A stretch of DNA of 64,000 bases from an uncultured Candidatus Saccharibacteria bacterium (lineage in GTDB: Bacteria > Patescibacteriota > Minisyncoccia > Phycocordibacterales > UBA2100), in contig CAYNRJ010000001.1 in assembly GCA_964399865.1 (NCBI GenBank), positions 202,050 through 266,049 on the forward strand. The letters are read 5' to 3'. The notes beneath the pieces are model-generated. The model searched no databases. It was not told the origin of the DNA and saw nothing but the letters and a program-made list of their open reading frames with translations. The position numbers were made by a program, and so were the translations under genes. This document shows positions 1-8,374 of this stretch, piece after piece (the first letter of the stretch is position 1; each line of letters opens with the position of its first letter).

Positions 1-488
1 TGTGAGAGACCGAACTCTTCGGCTTCACTCGTTTGCATTACCTTGCTGCGACGAAGCATTTGAGTAATAACTTCCATATCGTTTCCTGTTTCTGTAGCGA
101 GTATATATATCATTTTTTGATGTTCTCGTTTAAACACAGAAATCGCGTCTTCATGTAAGTGTATAGATGCCGTAGGATCGGTAATCGTGTATCTGCCTTC
201 TCGAAAAAAGAATTGGCACCCTTCTACAACTATTCGCTTCTTTCCGCCTAAAAATATCAAGGTTGCGGCTACATCCATTTCACCGAACGCAATCGTTTCC
301 ACTTCAATCGGAAGCGCTTTAAGGTACGTATATAAATTTATACCGGCTTCAATCTCACCACTTCCTGCAGCGATCAAAAATCGTAAATTCTTTACTGGTT
401 TTGAGTACAACTCATCATTGATCCATTTGATTGAATCTTGAACCTCCTTTTTATCAATATGACCTGTGAGTGCATGCCAGACTTCCAT
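1..488 (-). CDS. ClpP-like (Clp protease/crotonase fold) protein, C-terminus cut by window edge; catalytic Ser and His apparently replaced
   Basis: Minus-strand reading frame from ATG at 488 (MEVWHALTGHIDKK...) runs off the window start. It aligns to the ClpP core (LYINSPGG-like GSGEIEAG, C-terminal EAxEFGL). The GxSMG Ser is replaced by GEMDVAA and the His box is absent. This ORF is not in the supplied track because it has no stop in the window. Confidence 0.45.
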   Translation of the reverse strand, partial: MEVWHALTGHIDKKEVQDSIKWINDELYSKPVKNLRFLIAAGSGEIEAGINLYTYLKALPIEVETIAFGEMDVAATLIFLGGKKRIVVEGCQFFFREGRYTITDPTASIHLHEDAISVFKREHQKMIYILATETGNDMEVITQMLRRSKVMQTSEAEEFGLS

Positions 489-598
489 GACGAATATATA
501 TAACGGACGATCCTGAATAAAGTGGCCTAATAAACCAGCCCGGACCAGTGAAGACTGAAGAGGGCGCCTCTCCTCAGTCTTCCTCCGCTACTCTCTAC

Positions 599-805
599 CT
601 AGGAATTGCGTTGATTTCCTTCTGAACCGCGATTTGACGAGTCTTCATAGTTACCTGAATCCATTCCGTCGCGAGAGCTGTTGGTGTTCTGCGAACCTTG
701 TCCTCTCGTGTCAGAATCGCGCTCGCTCGTTGTCTGTGAATTATCATTGTTTGTGCCACGTGCCTTTCGATTGGTGTCCTGGTTGTTCTGGTTGTTTTGT
801 GTCAT
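599..805 (-). CDS. hypothetical small hydrophilic low-complexity (N/Q/S/G-rich) protein
   Basis: 68-aa ORF MTQNNQNNQDTNRKARG...; no TM segment and strongly biased composition. It may be a real hydrophilin-like mini-protein or non-coding. Confidence 0.2.
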   Translation of the reverse strand: MTQNNQNNQDTNRKARGTNNDNSQTTSERDSDTRGQGSQNTNSSRDGMDSGNYEDSSNRGSEGNQRNS

Positions 806-934
806 ATGTGATTTATTTTTTGTTTTCCTTTAAAAGTTAAACCTAGTAATGCCTCGACCACGTTATGTGTGTATTCTGCACGATCAACAGTGAAATTCTC
901 ATTAACGTGATCGAGCATTATGAGCTATTCACTT

Positions 935-1123
935 CTATCTATTGTTACCTCTCTTTCTCGAACTAGAACCGGATGAGCTACGAGAAGAGGAGGAAGAAGA
1001 GGATTCCCCTCTTCGACTGGAAGAAGAGCTGCTCCTTCTACTCCCGCTTGATCTTTTTTGTGTCATATTTTTTAGGAAATAGGACATAGCGATGCTATTA
1101 ATCGACCTTGCATCATTATTCAA
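935..1123 (-). CDS. hypothetical small Ser/Arg-rich low-complexity protein
   Basis: 62-aa ORF with an internal MTQKRSSGSRRSSSSSSRRG... run, which also begins MTQ like the neighbour at 599-805. Confidence 0.2.
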   Translation of the reverse strand: MNNDARSINSIAMSYFLKNMTQKRSSGSRRSSSSSSRRGESSSSSSSRSSSGSSSRKRGNNR

Positions 1124-1192
1124 GTCGACAATGAAGTCGCGATTAAGATTCGCGACATCAGAATAAAAAATAGTTTTTGGATCGACGTTTCA

Positions 1193-1221
1193 GCAAAAAA
1201 TCAAAACCCGCATAAAGCGGG
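1193..1221 (-). terminator. intrinsic terminator downstream of tRNA-Ala(GGC)
   Basis: Hairpin CCCGC-ATAAA-GCGGG at 1207-1221. On the minus strand it is followed by a U-run (TTTTGATTTTTTGCTG). Confidence 0.5.
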
Positions 1222-1236
1222 CCTTGATTATTACTG

Positions 1237-1307
1237 TGGACCTACGGGGAGTCGAACCCCGACCTGTTCCATGCCATGGAACCGTTCTACCGCTGAACTA
1301 TAGGCCC
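1237..1307 (-). tRNA. tRNA-Ala (anticodon GGC)
   Basis: Manual cloverleaf fold: acceptor GGGCCTA/TAGGTCC with a G3:U70 Ala identity pair. D-arm GTTC/GAAC, anticodon stem GTTCC/GGAAC with loop ATGGCAT, T-arm CGGGG-TTCGACT-CCCCG. The 3' tail is ACA, so CCA is not encoded. Confidence 0.8.
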
Positions 1308-1349
1308 GGTACGGGTTCGCAATATCCTAGCAAAAAACTATTCGGGACG

Positions 1350-1808
1350 TTAGTACACCTGCGGTGCACTGTCGTCCATCGCAGGAGGGTTTGCGACACA
1401 CTGTTTGAGTTCTGTCGTTTGCGTCCATCCGCACTTTCCGTCCGCCTGTGGCTCGCATGACGCTTCGCGGTAACACGCATACTCGGCTCGAAATTCACAG
1501 GTGGTAACAATATTGTTAGCTTCCTCTGCTGAAACGCAGAGCTGACTACTGCAACCTGCAACCGCACAACCATTCGCGACTATACTTCCACCCGTCTCTT
1601 CTGAAATATCTCTCACAAACGTCCGCCCATCCGGTGTGCGGCACTGCTCTGGATACGATTCCATAATTGGATACCCCGCTGCTGCGCATTCCTCGAAATT
1701 TGTTACAAGGACCGCCTCATCCGTTTGTATGGTCATAAACCATAGGATGCATCCGATGGTCACAACAAGGATAATTCCTAAAAGAATTGGCGATTTCATA
1801 TCATTCAT
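1350..1808 (-). CDS. hypothetical secreted/membrane-anchored Cys-rich protein
   Basis: 152-aa ORF with an N-terminal hydrophobic anchor (ILLGIILVVTIGCILWF) followed by a domain with more than 10 Cys. No recognisable family. Confidence 0.45.
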   Translation of the reverse strand: MNDMKSPILLGIILVVTIGCILWFMTIQTDEAVLVTNFEECAAAGYPIMESYPEQCRTPDGRTFVRDISEETGGSIVANGCAVAGCSSQLCVSAEEANNIVTTCEFRAEYACYREASCEPQADGKCGWTQTTELKQCVANPPAMDDSAPQVY

Positions 1809-1865
1809 TGTAGCAGACGATGTAATCGCTTCCAGCTTTCACCAAATACATTAGAATGCGGTATT

Positions 1866-1937
1866 CCTCCCGTCGTTCAATGGATAGGATGGCCCCCTCC
1901 GAAGGGGCCGATGTAGGTTCGACTCCTGCCGGGAGGA
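1866..1937 (+). tRNA. tRNA-Arg (anticodon CCG)
   Basis: Manual fold: acceptor CCTCCCG/CGGGAGG, anticodon stem GCCCC/GGGGC with loop CTCCGAA, T-arm GTAGG-TTCGACT-CCTGC, discriminator A. The D-arm pairing is weaker, with G-U pairs. Confidence 0.6.
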
Positions 1938-2894
1938 CTAGTCAGTCTCGAAAAGCGCGCTCAGTGATTCCCCACTCTCGATACGATCTATTGCTTCAGC
2001 GAATGTAGCAGCGACTGATACGACTTCTATCTTTGATCCCAAATCTCTATTTTGCGAAATAGTATCTGTAATGAAAAGTTTCTTAATCTGTGAATTTTCT
2101 ATAGTCTTTACTGCATCTCCAGAAAGAATGCCGTGAGTCGTTGCAGCGTAGACTTCGCGAGCACCATTTTCCATAAGAAGAGACGCTGCACGCGCGAGAG
2201 TCCCGCACGTATCCGCCATGTCATCTATAATGAGCGCCACCTTCCCTTTTACGTCTCCGATCAATTTCATTCGAGCAACTTGATTTGGAATCTCACGCTC
2301 TTTGTGGATGATAGCGAGGTCCGCTTTCTTCATGAGGCGTTTTGCGTAAGACTGGGCGCGCACCACACCGCCGGCATCAGGAGAGACAACGACTAGATCA
2401 TCGGATGTAAGAGCCTCTTTAAAGGTCTTCCTGAAAAATTCGAGGAATACTGGGCGTGGGTATAAATAATCCACGTTCGCTGCTCGGAAGAACCCTCCTA
2501 TAGCATCGTTATGGAGCTCCATCGTAAGGATACGGTCTGCTCCCGCTGCTTCTACTGTTTCTGCAAACACGCGTGCGGAGATAGGCTCTCGTGGACGAGA
2601 TTTTCTGTCTTGTCTCGCGTATCCCATGTATGGAATAACAGCGGTGATTTCATGAGCAGAAGCACCCTGCGCAGCATCGATGGCGAGAAGAAGTCGTATC
2701 CAGTTCTCTGCTGGAGGATTTGTCGGTTGAATGAGAAATACGTTCTTGCCGCGAAGGTTTTCGAGGAATTGGACGTGCTGTTCGCCGTCTGCAAAAGATC
2801 GGCATTTGATCTGCCCAAGCGACACGCCGAGAGAGGCCGCAATCTTCTCTGCCAATTGGTCATTCGAACCGAGGCTGAAAACGCGGTATTCCAT
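1938..2894 (-). CDS. prs: ribose-phosphate pyrophosphokinase (PRPP synthetase)
   Basis: 318-aa ORF with full-length PRPP-synthetase architecture and motifs (e.g. DLHA-like region, PRPP-binding VVSPDAGGVVRA, DDMADTCGT). Confidence 0.93.
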   Translation of the reverse strand: MEYRVFSLGSNDQLAEKIAASLGVSLGQIKCRSFADGEQHVQFLENLRGKNVFLIQPTNPPAENWIRLLLAIDAAQGASAHEITAVIPYMGYARQDRKSRPREPISARVFAETVEAAGADRILTMELHNDAIGGFFRAANVDYLYPRPVFLEFFRKTFKEALTSDDLVVVSPDAGGVVRAQSYAKRLMKKADLAIIHKEREIPNQVARMKLIGDVKGKVALIIDDMADTCGTLARAASLLMENGAREVYAATTHGILSGDAVKTIENSQIKKLFITDTISQNRDLGSKIEVVSVAATFAEAIDRIESGESLSALFETD

Positions 2895-2955
2895 TGAGTT
2901 CAGATTATACCAGAGAAATTAGGAAATGTGGAGTTCTCCCCAACCCGCGTATTTT

Positions 2956-2976
2956 TGGTGGACCTATTGAGAATCG
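2956..2976 (-). repeat. displaced copy of tRNA-Ala 3' end (att-like direct repeat), encodes ...TAGGTCCACCA
   Basis: TGGTGGACCTATTGAGAATCG at 2956-2976 matches TGTGGACCTATCGAGAATCG at 3103-3122 (18 of 18 bp with 1 mismatch in the core). The segment is a degenerate T-arm plus acceptor 3' strand plus ACCA. Confidence 0.7.
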
Positions 2977-3104
2977 CCCGCGCCTCTCGGCTCGCCGTCG
3001 CTCGCCTCGGGCTGGGCACCGCCTCGCGACTCGGCCTACTGGCCTCGTATCGCTCCGGCGTTCGATTCTCTAACAGAGGCAAATAAATTTGCCTCTTTAT
3101 GTTG
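2977..3104. other. 128-bp GC-rich insert between the tRNA-Ala(CGC) gene and its duplicated 3' end; contains a 10-bp-stem hairpin (AGAGGCAAAT..ATTTGCCTCT)
   Basis: GC content far above the flanks, repeated CGCCTC/GCCGTCGCT motifs, and a hairpin at 3075-3096. Confidence 0.6.
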
Positions 3105-3175
3105 TGGACCTATCGAGAATCGAACTCGAGACTGTGCAATGCGAATGCACCGGTATACCACTTACCTATAGGCCC
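3105..3175 (-). tRNA. tRNA-Ala (anticodon CGC)
   Basis: Manual fold: GGGCCTA/TAGGTCC acceptor with G3:U70, D-arm GGTA/TACC, anticodon stem GTGCA/TGCAC with loop TTCGCAT, T-arm TCGAG-TTCGATT-CTCGA. Confidence 0.85.
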
Positions 3176-3226
3176 TCATATGTTCCGCAATACTATACTA
3201 CGACTCCTCGTCTGAAAGTTCTTTTA

Positions 3227-3297
3227 TCGGGCTGCTGGGAATCGAACCCAGTCTACACGAACCCGAATCGTGCGTACTACCGGTATACTACAGCCCG
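3227..3297 (-). tRNA. tRNA-Pro (anticodon CGG)
   Basis: Manual fold: acceptor CGGGCTG/CAGCCCG with the bacterial Pro-type C1:G72 pair, anticodon stem CACGA/TCGTG with loop TTCGGGT, T-arm CTGGG-TTCGATT-CCCAG. Confidence 0.85.
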
Positions 3298-3335
3298 AAA
3301 ACACCTCCAGCCGAAAATAGCATCGTATTTTCGGG

Positions 3336-3409
3336 TGCACCTTTCAGGATTCGAACCTGAGACCTTTCGAATGTGAATCGAACGCTCTAACCAACTGAGC
3401 TAAAGGTGC
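3336..3409 (-). tRNA. tRNA-Val (anticodon CAC)
   Basis: Manual fold: acceptor GCACCTT/AAGGTGC, D-arm GCTC/GAGC, anticodon stem TTCGA/TCGAA with loop TTCACAT, T-arm TCAGG-TTCGAAT-CCTGA. Confidence 0.85.
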
Positions 3410-3516
3410 GTGCGGGAGATTATCTCTCAAAATATCCGTAAAACAAGACGTGACTTTACTCGCTTAATACTGGGTGCTAGCTTCATACATAGCGCAATCA
3501 CGGAGGTTCTGCACAA

Positions 3517-3663
3517 ATGCGTTCGTATCTGGACTATCTCGAGGAAAAAAGGCGTGCGAAACGCCGCAAGGACAGGCTGATTAACTGGGGGACGGCAATC
3601 GGCTTCCTGGCACTCATCGTAGGAATCGCCTACCTCATCGGCAAGGGAAAAGGAGATTGGTGA
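3517..3663 (+). CDS. hypothetical 48-aa single-TM mini-protein (GC-rich)
   Basis: ATG at 3517: MRSYLDYLEEKRRAKRRKDRLINWGTAIGFLALIVGIAYLIGKGKGDW. Its stop overlaps the start of the next ORF (TGATG). Not in the supplied track because it is under 60 aa. Confidence 0.25.
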   Translation: MRSYLDYLEEKRRAKRRKDRLINWGTAIGFLALIVGIAYLIGKGKGDW

Positions 3664-3926
3664 TGCAGCCCATCCCTTCCACTGACTCGATCTGGGATGA
3701 CCCGGCGGAGCCGCGTACAATGGCGCCGCTAGCGAGAGCTCATCCCGAGCTCGCACCCCGACCCACGGTGAGTGAGGAGGTCGAAGAACTCACCCTGGAG
3801 CAGCGCCTCTCCGAGGATCCCAGCAAGATCGAAACGCCCAGGGGCGCTGCTCGCATCTTCCTGTGGGTCTGCGTAGCACTCGTAATCGCCGCGATCTGGA
3901 TCTTCGGACCAGGGCTCGCGGAGTAG
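3660..3926 (+). CDS. hypothetical 88-aa protein with C-terminal TM helix (GC-rich)
   Basis: The ORF (MQPIPSTDSIW...IFLWVCVALVIAAIWIFGPGLAE) is translationally coupled to the preceding mini-ORF and is followed by a strong terminator. Confidence 0.3.
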   Translation: MMQPIPSTDSIWDDPAEPRTMAPLARAHPELAPRPTVSEEVEELTLEQRLSEDPSKIETPRGAARIFLWVCVALVIAAIWIFGPGLAE

Positions 3927-3942
3927 ATCGTGATGCGAGTTC

Positions 3943-3980
3943 CAAAAGCGAAGGGCCGCCCGACGAGTGTCGCGGGCGGC
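3943..3980. terminator. bidirectional intrinsic terminator (serves greA on the minus strand and the small ORFs on the plus strand)
   Basis: 10-bp GC stem GGGCCGCCCG/CGGGCGGCCC followed by TTCTTCTT on plus; T-rich on the complement as well. Confidence 0.55.
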
Positions 3981-3994
3981 CCTTCTTCTTACAA

Positions 3995-4465
3995 TTATTT
4001 GATGTTTACAATCTTGTATTTCTGCATTCCCTTCGGAGTCTCAAACGAGAAGAGGTCCCCTTTTTTCTTTTCCATGAGGGCTGAGCCGAGCGGAGAGAGG
4101 TGAGAGATCTTGTGTTCCTGCATGTTTGCTTCGGCGCTTCCCACTATCTCGTATGAGTGCTCTTCCTTTTCACCCTGCTTCTGTATGGTGACAATACTTC
4201 CGAGACTTACTGTATTCCCTTTCGGATGTTCAATAATGCGAGCGTGTGAAAGCTGCTCTTCAACGTTTCGGATACGGTCTTCGGTTGCGGCCTGGAGATT
4301 ACGCGCTTCTTCATACTCAGCATTCTCTGAGAGGTCTCCGAGTGAGCGAGCGTATTCAAGCTGTTCCGCGATCTCGCGGCGACGCACAGTCTTCAAGTGT
4401 TCTAGTTCGGCGGTAAGTTCGTCGAATTTTTCCTTGCTGAGGTAATTTGTATCTTCAGGGACCAT
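3995..4465 (-). CDS. greA: transcription elongation factor GreA
   Basis: GreA coiled-coil plus FKBP-like C-domain. The likely start is the internal Met (MVPEDTNYLSKEKF) at 4465 rather than the ORF-track Met at 4558. Confidence 0.9.
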   Translation of the reverse strand: MVPEDTNYLSKEKFDELTAELEHLKTVRRREIAEQLEYARSLGDLSENAEYEEARNLQAATEDRIRNVEEQLSHARIIEHPKGNTVSLGSIVTIQKQGEKEEHSYEIVGSAEANMQEHKISHLSPLGSALMEKKKGDLFSFETPKGMQKYKIVNIK

Positions 4466-4521
4466 ATATGGATGTCGCGCGGCATTATACCTTGGGCTTA
4501 ACAATAAGAGCAAGTGAATAG

Positions 4522-6252
4522 CTACTTGACGTACTCTGGTTTCTCGGTCACAAGCCATTCGAAGAAGGGGCGAAGGCCAGGAGCCGCCCCTGAGAGCGTT
4601 CCCGCTGGAGCTCGCTCCAAGACAACTGCATACGCATACTTTGGATTATCGCTCGGCCAGTATCCTACAGACCAGGAGTTCATCCATTGATTGCGTGATC
4701 CAATTTCTGCGGTGCCTGTTTTTGCGGCAATGCTAACGCCCGCAATATTGAGCGACTTCACTGTCGCGTCTGTCCTTTGAGAAGTGACGGCAAGTCGCAT
4801 TCCCTCTCGTACCACTTGCAAATGATCATCTGAGATGCCCACCTCAGTGTATGTAGGTCGTGCGCCTCTTACCACTTGAGGAACGAGTAGCTTTCCACCA
4901 TTTGCTATTGCCGCCGTAAAACGTACTGCTTGGAGCGGCGTTACTTGGAATCCGTACTGCCCAATAGAGGTGTGGTAGGTGTTTCCAAGTCTCCAAGGAT
5001 CGTCTGCGCCGAATACTTTTTCTTTCCACGCAGGCGTCGGGATAACTCCCGCCTCTTCACCGAGTAGTGCGATTCCCGTAGGAATTCCCAGACCAAACCG
5101 TGTCGAATATTCATCGATCTTTGCGATTCCAAGACCTTTTTGTGTCCCGTATCCCCCGCCGATCGTATAGAAATACTCGTCGGACGAAACAGCGAGCGCA
5201 GTCCTCATGTCAACGAGGCCGTGCACTGTCCAGTCTCTAAAAATGGAAGGCTGATCAGGATTGTAAGGATTCGGGATAGTGATCGCGCCAGTTGAAAGAA
5301 TTTCCTTTTCAGGACTGATGATGTTCTCAGCGAGGGCGGCGGCGGCAAAGATTGGCTTCAAGATAGAACCGGGCGCATATAGTCCGGCGACTGCGCGGTT
5401 AAGCAGCGGTGTTCTTTCATCAACAGAGGCTGCCCCAACAACTTTTGAATCCCCTTCTGTAAACGCAACGTTGTCATACTCAGGGAAACTAGTGAGCGCA
5501 AGCAGCTCGCCTGTCTTTACATCCATGATGACTGCAGCGCCGCCGACAAATCCTTGTGCATGCGCATGTGCTGATAAAAGTGAATAGAGCTTACTTTGAA
5601 TCTCAGCATCAATTGAAAGCGTCACGTCAGTTCCATTTTGTGGAGGCGCAACTATATTTTGACGTTCAACGACTCCACGAGCATTCGTTTCGGTCATACT
5701 ACTTCCATTCACGCCGGAAAGCCCAGTATTGAAGACAAGCTCCACCCCTGATACTCCACTATATTCCTCACGCCACCATGTCCCGCTTTGGTCCGCCTTT
5801 GGATAGCGAACAAAGCCGAGAATGTGTGAGAGCCCCGGCATGTCGGCGTATCGCCGTAGCGCGAATGTGGATGTCGTAGCAGAACTGACTGTTGTAGATG
5901 CATCCCCGAGAGGTAATTCATTCCATGCCAATTCCTCCCCTGTGCGGTCGAATATGATGCCGCGCGAAGCAAATACAACTGAGCGATCAAGGCGATTATT
6001 TCTTGAGATATCCGCGTAGGTCGCACCATGCACTACTTCGAGATAAAACGCTCGTGCGGAAAAGATGATAAGGATCAGAGTGAATATAAGACCAATACCG
6101 AAAAGTGCTTTCTGCGACACGGAGCGAACAACGCGGCCTTCAAACTGATCCTCGTTCCTTCCGGGCAAATTTGATGAGTCGAGGAATATATCTTCCGGCG
6201 CTATTTCATGCACCCTGTTCCTATTTCTAAAACCTCCACCAAAAGTCATCAT
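4522..6252 (-). CDS. mrdA: penicillin-binding protein 2 (peptidoglycan D,D-transpeptidase)
   Basis: 576 aa with an N-terminal TM helix, SxxK (SILKP), SxN and KTG (KTGTAEI) motifs. It sits downstream of mreBCD. Confidence 0.9.
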   Translation of the reverse strand: MMTFGGGFRNRNRVHEIAPEDIFLDSSNLPGRNEDQFEGRVVRSVSQKALFGIGLIFTLILIIFSARAFYLEVVHGATYADISRNNRLDRSVVFASRGIIFDRTGEELAWNELPLGDASTTVSSATTSTFALRRYADMPGLSHILGFVRYPKADQSGTWWREEYSGVSGVELVFNTGLSGVNGSSMTETNARGVVERQNIVAPPQNGTDVTLSIDAEIQSKLYSLLSAHAHAQGFVGGAAVIMDVKTGELLALTSFPEYDNVAFTEGDSKVVGAASVDERTPLLNRAVAGLYAPGSILKPIFAAAALAENIISPEKEILSTGAITIPNPYNPDQPSIFRDWTVHGLVDMRTALAVSSDEYFYTIGGGYGTQKGLGIAKIDEYSTRFGLGIPTGIALLGEEAGVIPTPAWKEKVFGADDPWRLGNTYHTSIGQYGFQVTPLQAVRFTAAIANGGKLLVPQVVRGARPTYTEVGISDDHLQVVREGMRLAVTSQRTDATVKSLNIAGVSIAAKTGTAEIGSRNQWMNSWSVGYWPSDNPKYAYAVVLERAPAGTLSGAAPGLRPFFEWLVTEKPEYVK

Positions 6253-6515
6253 ACGAGGAATTCATTACGAAGCGGCTCAAGTCCCCACACCAGTATGATC
6301 GATGCGATTGTAAATAGTGGGAGTGGATAGAAAAAAGAGCCGGGCAACCAGAGAAAATCCATCATGAGGCCGATAACAGGCACTTCCCACGCGCGAAAGC
6401 GAAGCGCAAGAACCGCAACAGCAATAAGCGGTACCCACGGTGGTGCAAAGATCGTACCCAATAAACCAATGACTCCCACACTTATGCGGAACGTTGTCTT
6501 ATTGAGTAAAGACAT
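6249..6515 (-). CDS. mreD: rod shape-determining protein MreD (putative)
   Basis: Small polytopic membrane protein between mreC and the PBP2 gene. The start is probably the internal Met (MSLLNK...) at 6515; the ORF track extends to 6605, overlapping mreC. Confidence 0.5.
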   Translation of the reverse strand: MSLLNKTTFRISVGVIGLLGTIFAPPWVPLIAVAVLALRFRAWEVPVIGLMMDFLWLPGSFFYPLPLFTIASIILVWGLEPLRNEFLV

Positions 6516-7296
6516 AGACAAATCGTACGTCGTACATACTGACAGGGAGATTGGCGAATACTTTCGTGGACGCTCCGCTCTTATCCTCTTCGGTCTTTCC
6601 AACAACGCCGATAGCCCGTCCGCCGTCCGTCGGAGAAACGATTGGGTCGCCTACTTTAATTTCTGCTCCACGTGGCGCATCCCCTTGCGCTTGGCCGCCG
6701 CCATGACCGTCAAAAAGAATACTGACGCCGTTTACCACCCCTTCGATTGACGCATCCGGAGCGAATAGTTCTCGTACGATCGATATATCTGCATCGGCTC
6801 GGCTGATTCGTCCGACAATAAACCCAGTGGACGAATCTCCGACCATGACGAGATCTCCCTCCTTAACTCCGTGAGACGTCCCCGCACCTATGAGAAACGT
6901 TCCATACGGAGATGCGCGGAATGAGGATACTATCCGCGCCGTAACACCCTCTGTATCGGCGACCATTCTCGTGATCGCTCGTAATTCATCATTCTCTTTT
7001 TTTAAAAATTCGAACGCGGCAGCTCGCAACCGTATTTCTGTTAACTCATTGCGGAGCACTGCGTTCTCATTCTCGAGACCACGACGAGTCGATAGTACCC
7101 CACTTCCCTTAATAGATTGCCCAGCTCCCGCAACAGCGCTCCAAACGCTAACTGCACCACTTTGGATCAAACCTCGTATGTAGCCGCCGGAAACACCGTC
7201 AACTAAAAAAGCGACCACGACAAAGACGGTCGCAGCTATAAGTCGGCGTCTTCCCTTTCGCCCGCTGACATTATTCGGTCGGTACGAGTTCATCAT
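6499..7296 (-). CDS. mreC: rod shape-determining protein MreC
   Basis: N-terminal TM helix, coiled-coil region and a C-terminal beta-domain; located in mreB-mreC-mreD order. Confidence 0.85.
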   Translation of the reverse strand: MMNSYRPNNVSGRKGRRRLIAATVFVVVAFLVDGVSGGYIRGLIQSGAVSVWSAVAGAGQSIKGSGVLSTRRGLENENAVLRNELTEIRLRAAAFEFLKKENDELRAITRMVADTEGVTARIVSSFRASPYGTFLIGAGTSHGVKEGDLVMVGDSSTGFIVGRISRADADISIVRELFAPDASIEGVVNGVSILFDGHGGGQAQGDAPRGAEIKVGDPIVSPTDGGRAIGVVGKTEEDKSGASTKVFANLPVSMYDVRFVYVFTQ

Positions 7297-8356
7297 CGTG
7301 TTTTACAAGAGCCTCTCGATACGTATCAATATCAGAAAGAATAATGCCAGTGCCGCGAACAACGGCAGTTAGTGGATCCGGTGCGACGATGACCGGGACA
7401 CCTAGGGATGCGGCAAGAAATTCGGGCAAACCACGGATAAGTGCGCCGCCCCCCGCGAGATAAATACCTCGCTGCATAACGTCGGCGAGAATTTCAGGTG
7501 GAGTTGATTCCAGTACATCTTTCACGGCCTCAATGAGCTCTTCAATAGAGTGCCCAATCGCATTCCGCACGTCATGATCAGAAATTATCATTTCGCGTGG
7601 TAATCCTGTGACAACATCACGGCCCCGTGCCAGAGTTTCCATTCTCTCTCGCGAAGGGTTCACCGCTGCGATCGCTATTTTAATATCCTCGGCGGTCTTT
7701 ACTCCGATGAGAAGCTTAAATTCATTGCGTACATGACTAATGATGTCCGCATTGAAACGATCTCCAGCGATTCGGACATTGCGCGCCTTTACGATTCCTC
7801 CGAGAGAAATAATACCTATGTCGGTTGTGCCGCCCCCGATATCGACAACCATCGAACCTCTCGGTTCGTGTACAGGAAGTTCGATCCCGATCGCAGCTGC
7901 AAGTGGCTCTTCAATTATGTGTACTTCGCGAGCACCAGCTCCACGGGCTGCATCGCGCACAGCGCGCACTTCAACGGAAGTAATTCCAGATGGAACACCG
8001 ACCGCAACTCGAGGACCTAGAAGAGTCGTATGCCCATGCTGCGCTTTACCAATAAGATACGAGAGCATCTCCGATGTTATCTCGAAGTCGGAAATTACAC
8101 CGTCAACAACTGGCTGCAGAGCTTGAATGTGCGCAGGTGTGCGACCGAGCATGTCTTTTGCTTGCTGACCAACAGCGACCACCTGGCCCGTTTTCTGATT
8201 TACCGCAACTATTGAAGGCTCGTTTATGACAATACCGCGGCCTTTTACGTGCACGAGAGTGTTCGCCGTGCCGAGATCGATGCCGATATCGTTTGAAAAG
8301 AGTCCGAGTATCCGCTCTTTATAGGCTCGCCATCTTTGTTTGAATCCCTTTTTCAT
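7271..8356 (-). CDS. mreB: rod shape-determining protein MreB
   Basis: Actin-like ATPase with IGIDLGTANTLV phosphate-1 motif; 361 aa. Confidence 0.93.
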   Translation of the reverse strand: MKKGFKQRWRAYKERILGLFSNDIGIDLGTANTLVHVKGRGIVINEPSIVAVNQKTGQVVAVGQQAKDMLGRTPAHIQALQPVVDGVISDFEITSEMLSYLIGKAQHGHTTLLGPRVAVGVPSGITSVEVRAVRDAARGAGAREVHIIEEPLAAAIGIELPVHEPRGSMVVDIGGGTTDIGIISLGGIVKARNVRIAGDRFNADIISHVRNEFKLLIGVKTAEDIKIAIAAVNPSRERMETLARGRDVVTGLPREMIISDHDVRNAIGHSIEELIEAVKDVLESTPPEILADVMQRGIYLAGGGALIRGLPEFLAASLGVPVIVAPDPLTAVVRGTGIILSDIDTYREALVKHDDELVPTE

Positions 8357-8374
8357 GTTGGTTGCTCCGTTCCA

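Noticed and set aside
187-441. 84-aa plus-strand ORF at the window start
   Set aside because: Its composition is implausible for a protein, and it lies antisense to a much better ClpP-fold reading frame on the minus strand.
2511-2922. Several 60-130-aa ORFs on both strands inside the prs gene
   Set aside because: They lie entirely within the well-supported prs coding region and have no supporting features. They are shadow ORFs.
3075-3096. Hairpin AGAGGCAAAT..ATTTGCCTCT as a terminator for the tRNA cluster
   Set aside because: On the tRNA (minus) strand it is not followed by a U-run. On the plus strand the T-tract is weak. I treated it as part of the GC-rich insert rather than a confident terminator.
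3089-3376. 95-aa ORF spanning the Ala/Pro/Val tRNA cluster
   Set aside because: It is a translation of the antisense strand of three tRNA genes. Peptides such as SGFEPETF and GIPLTYRP are the classic signature of a mis-called tRNA.
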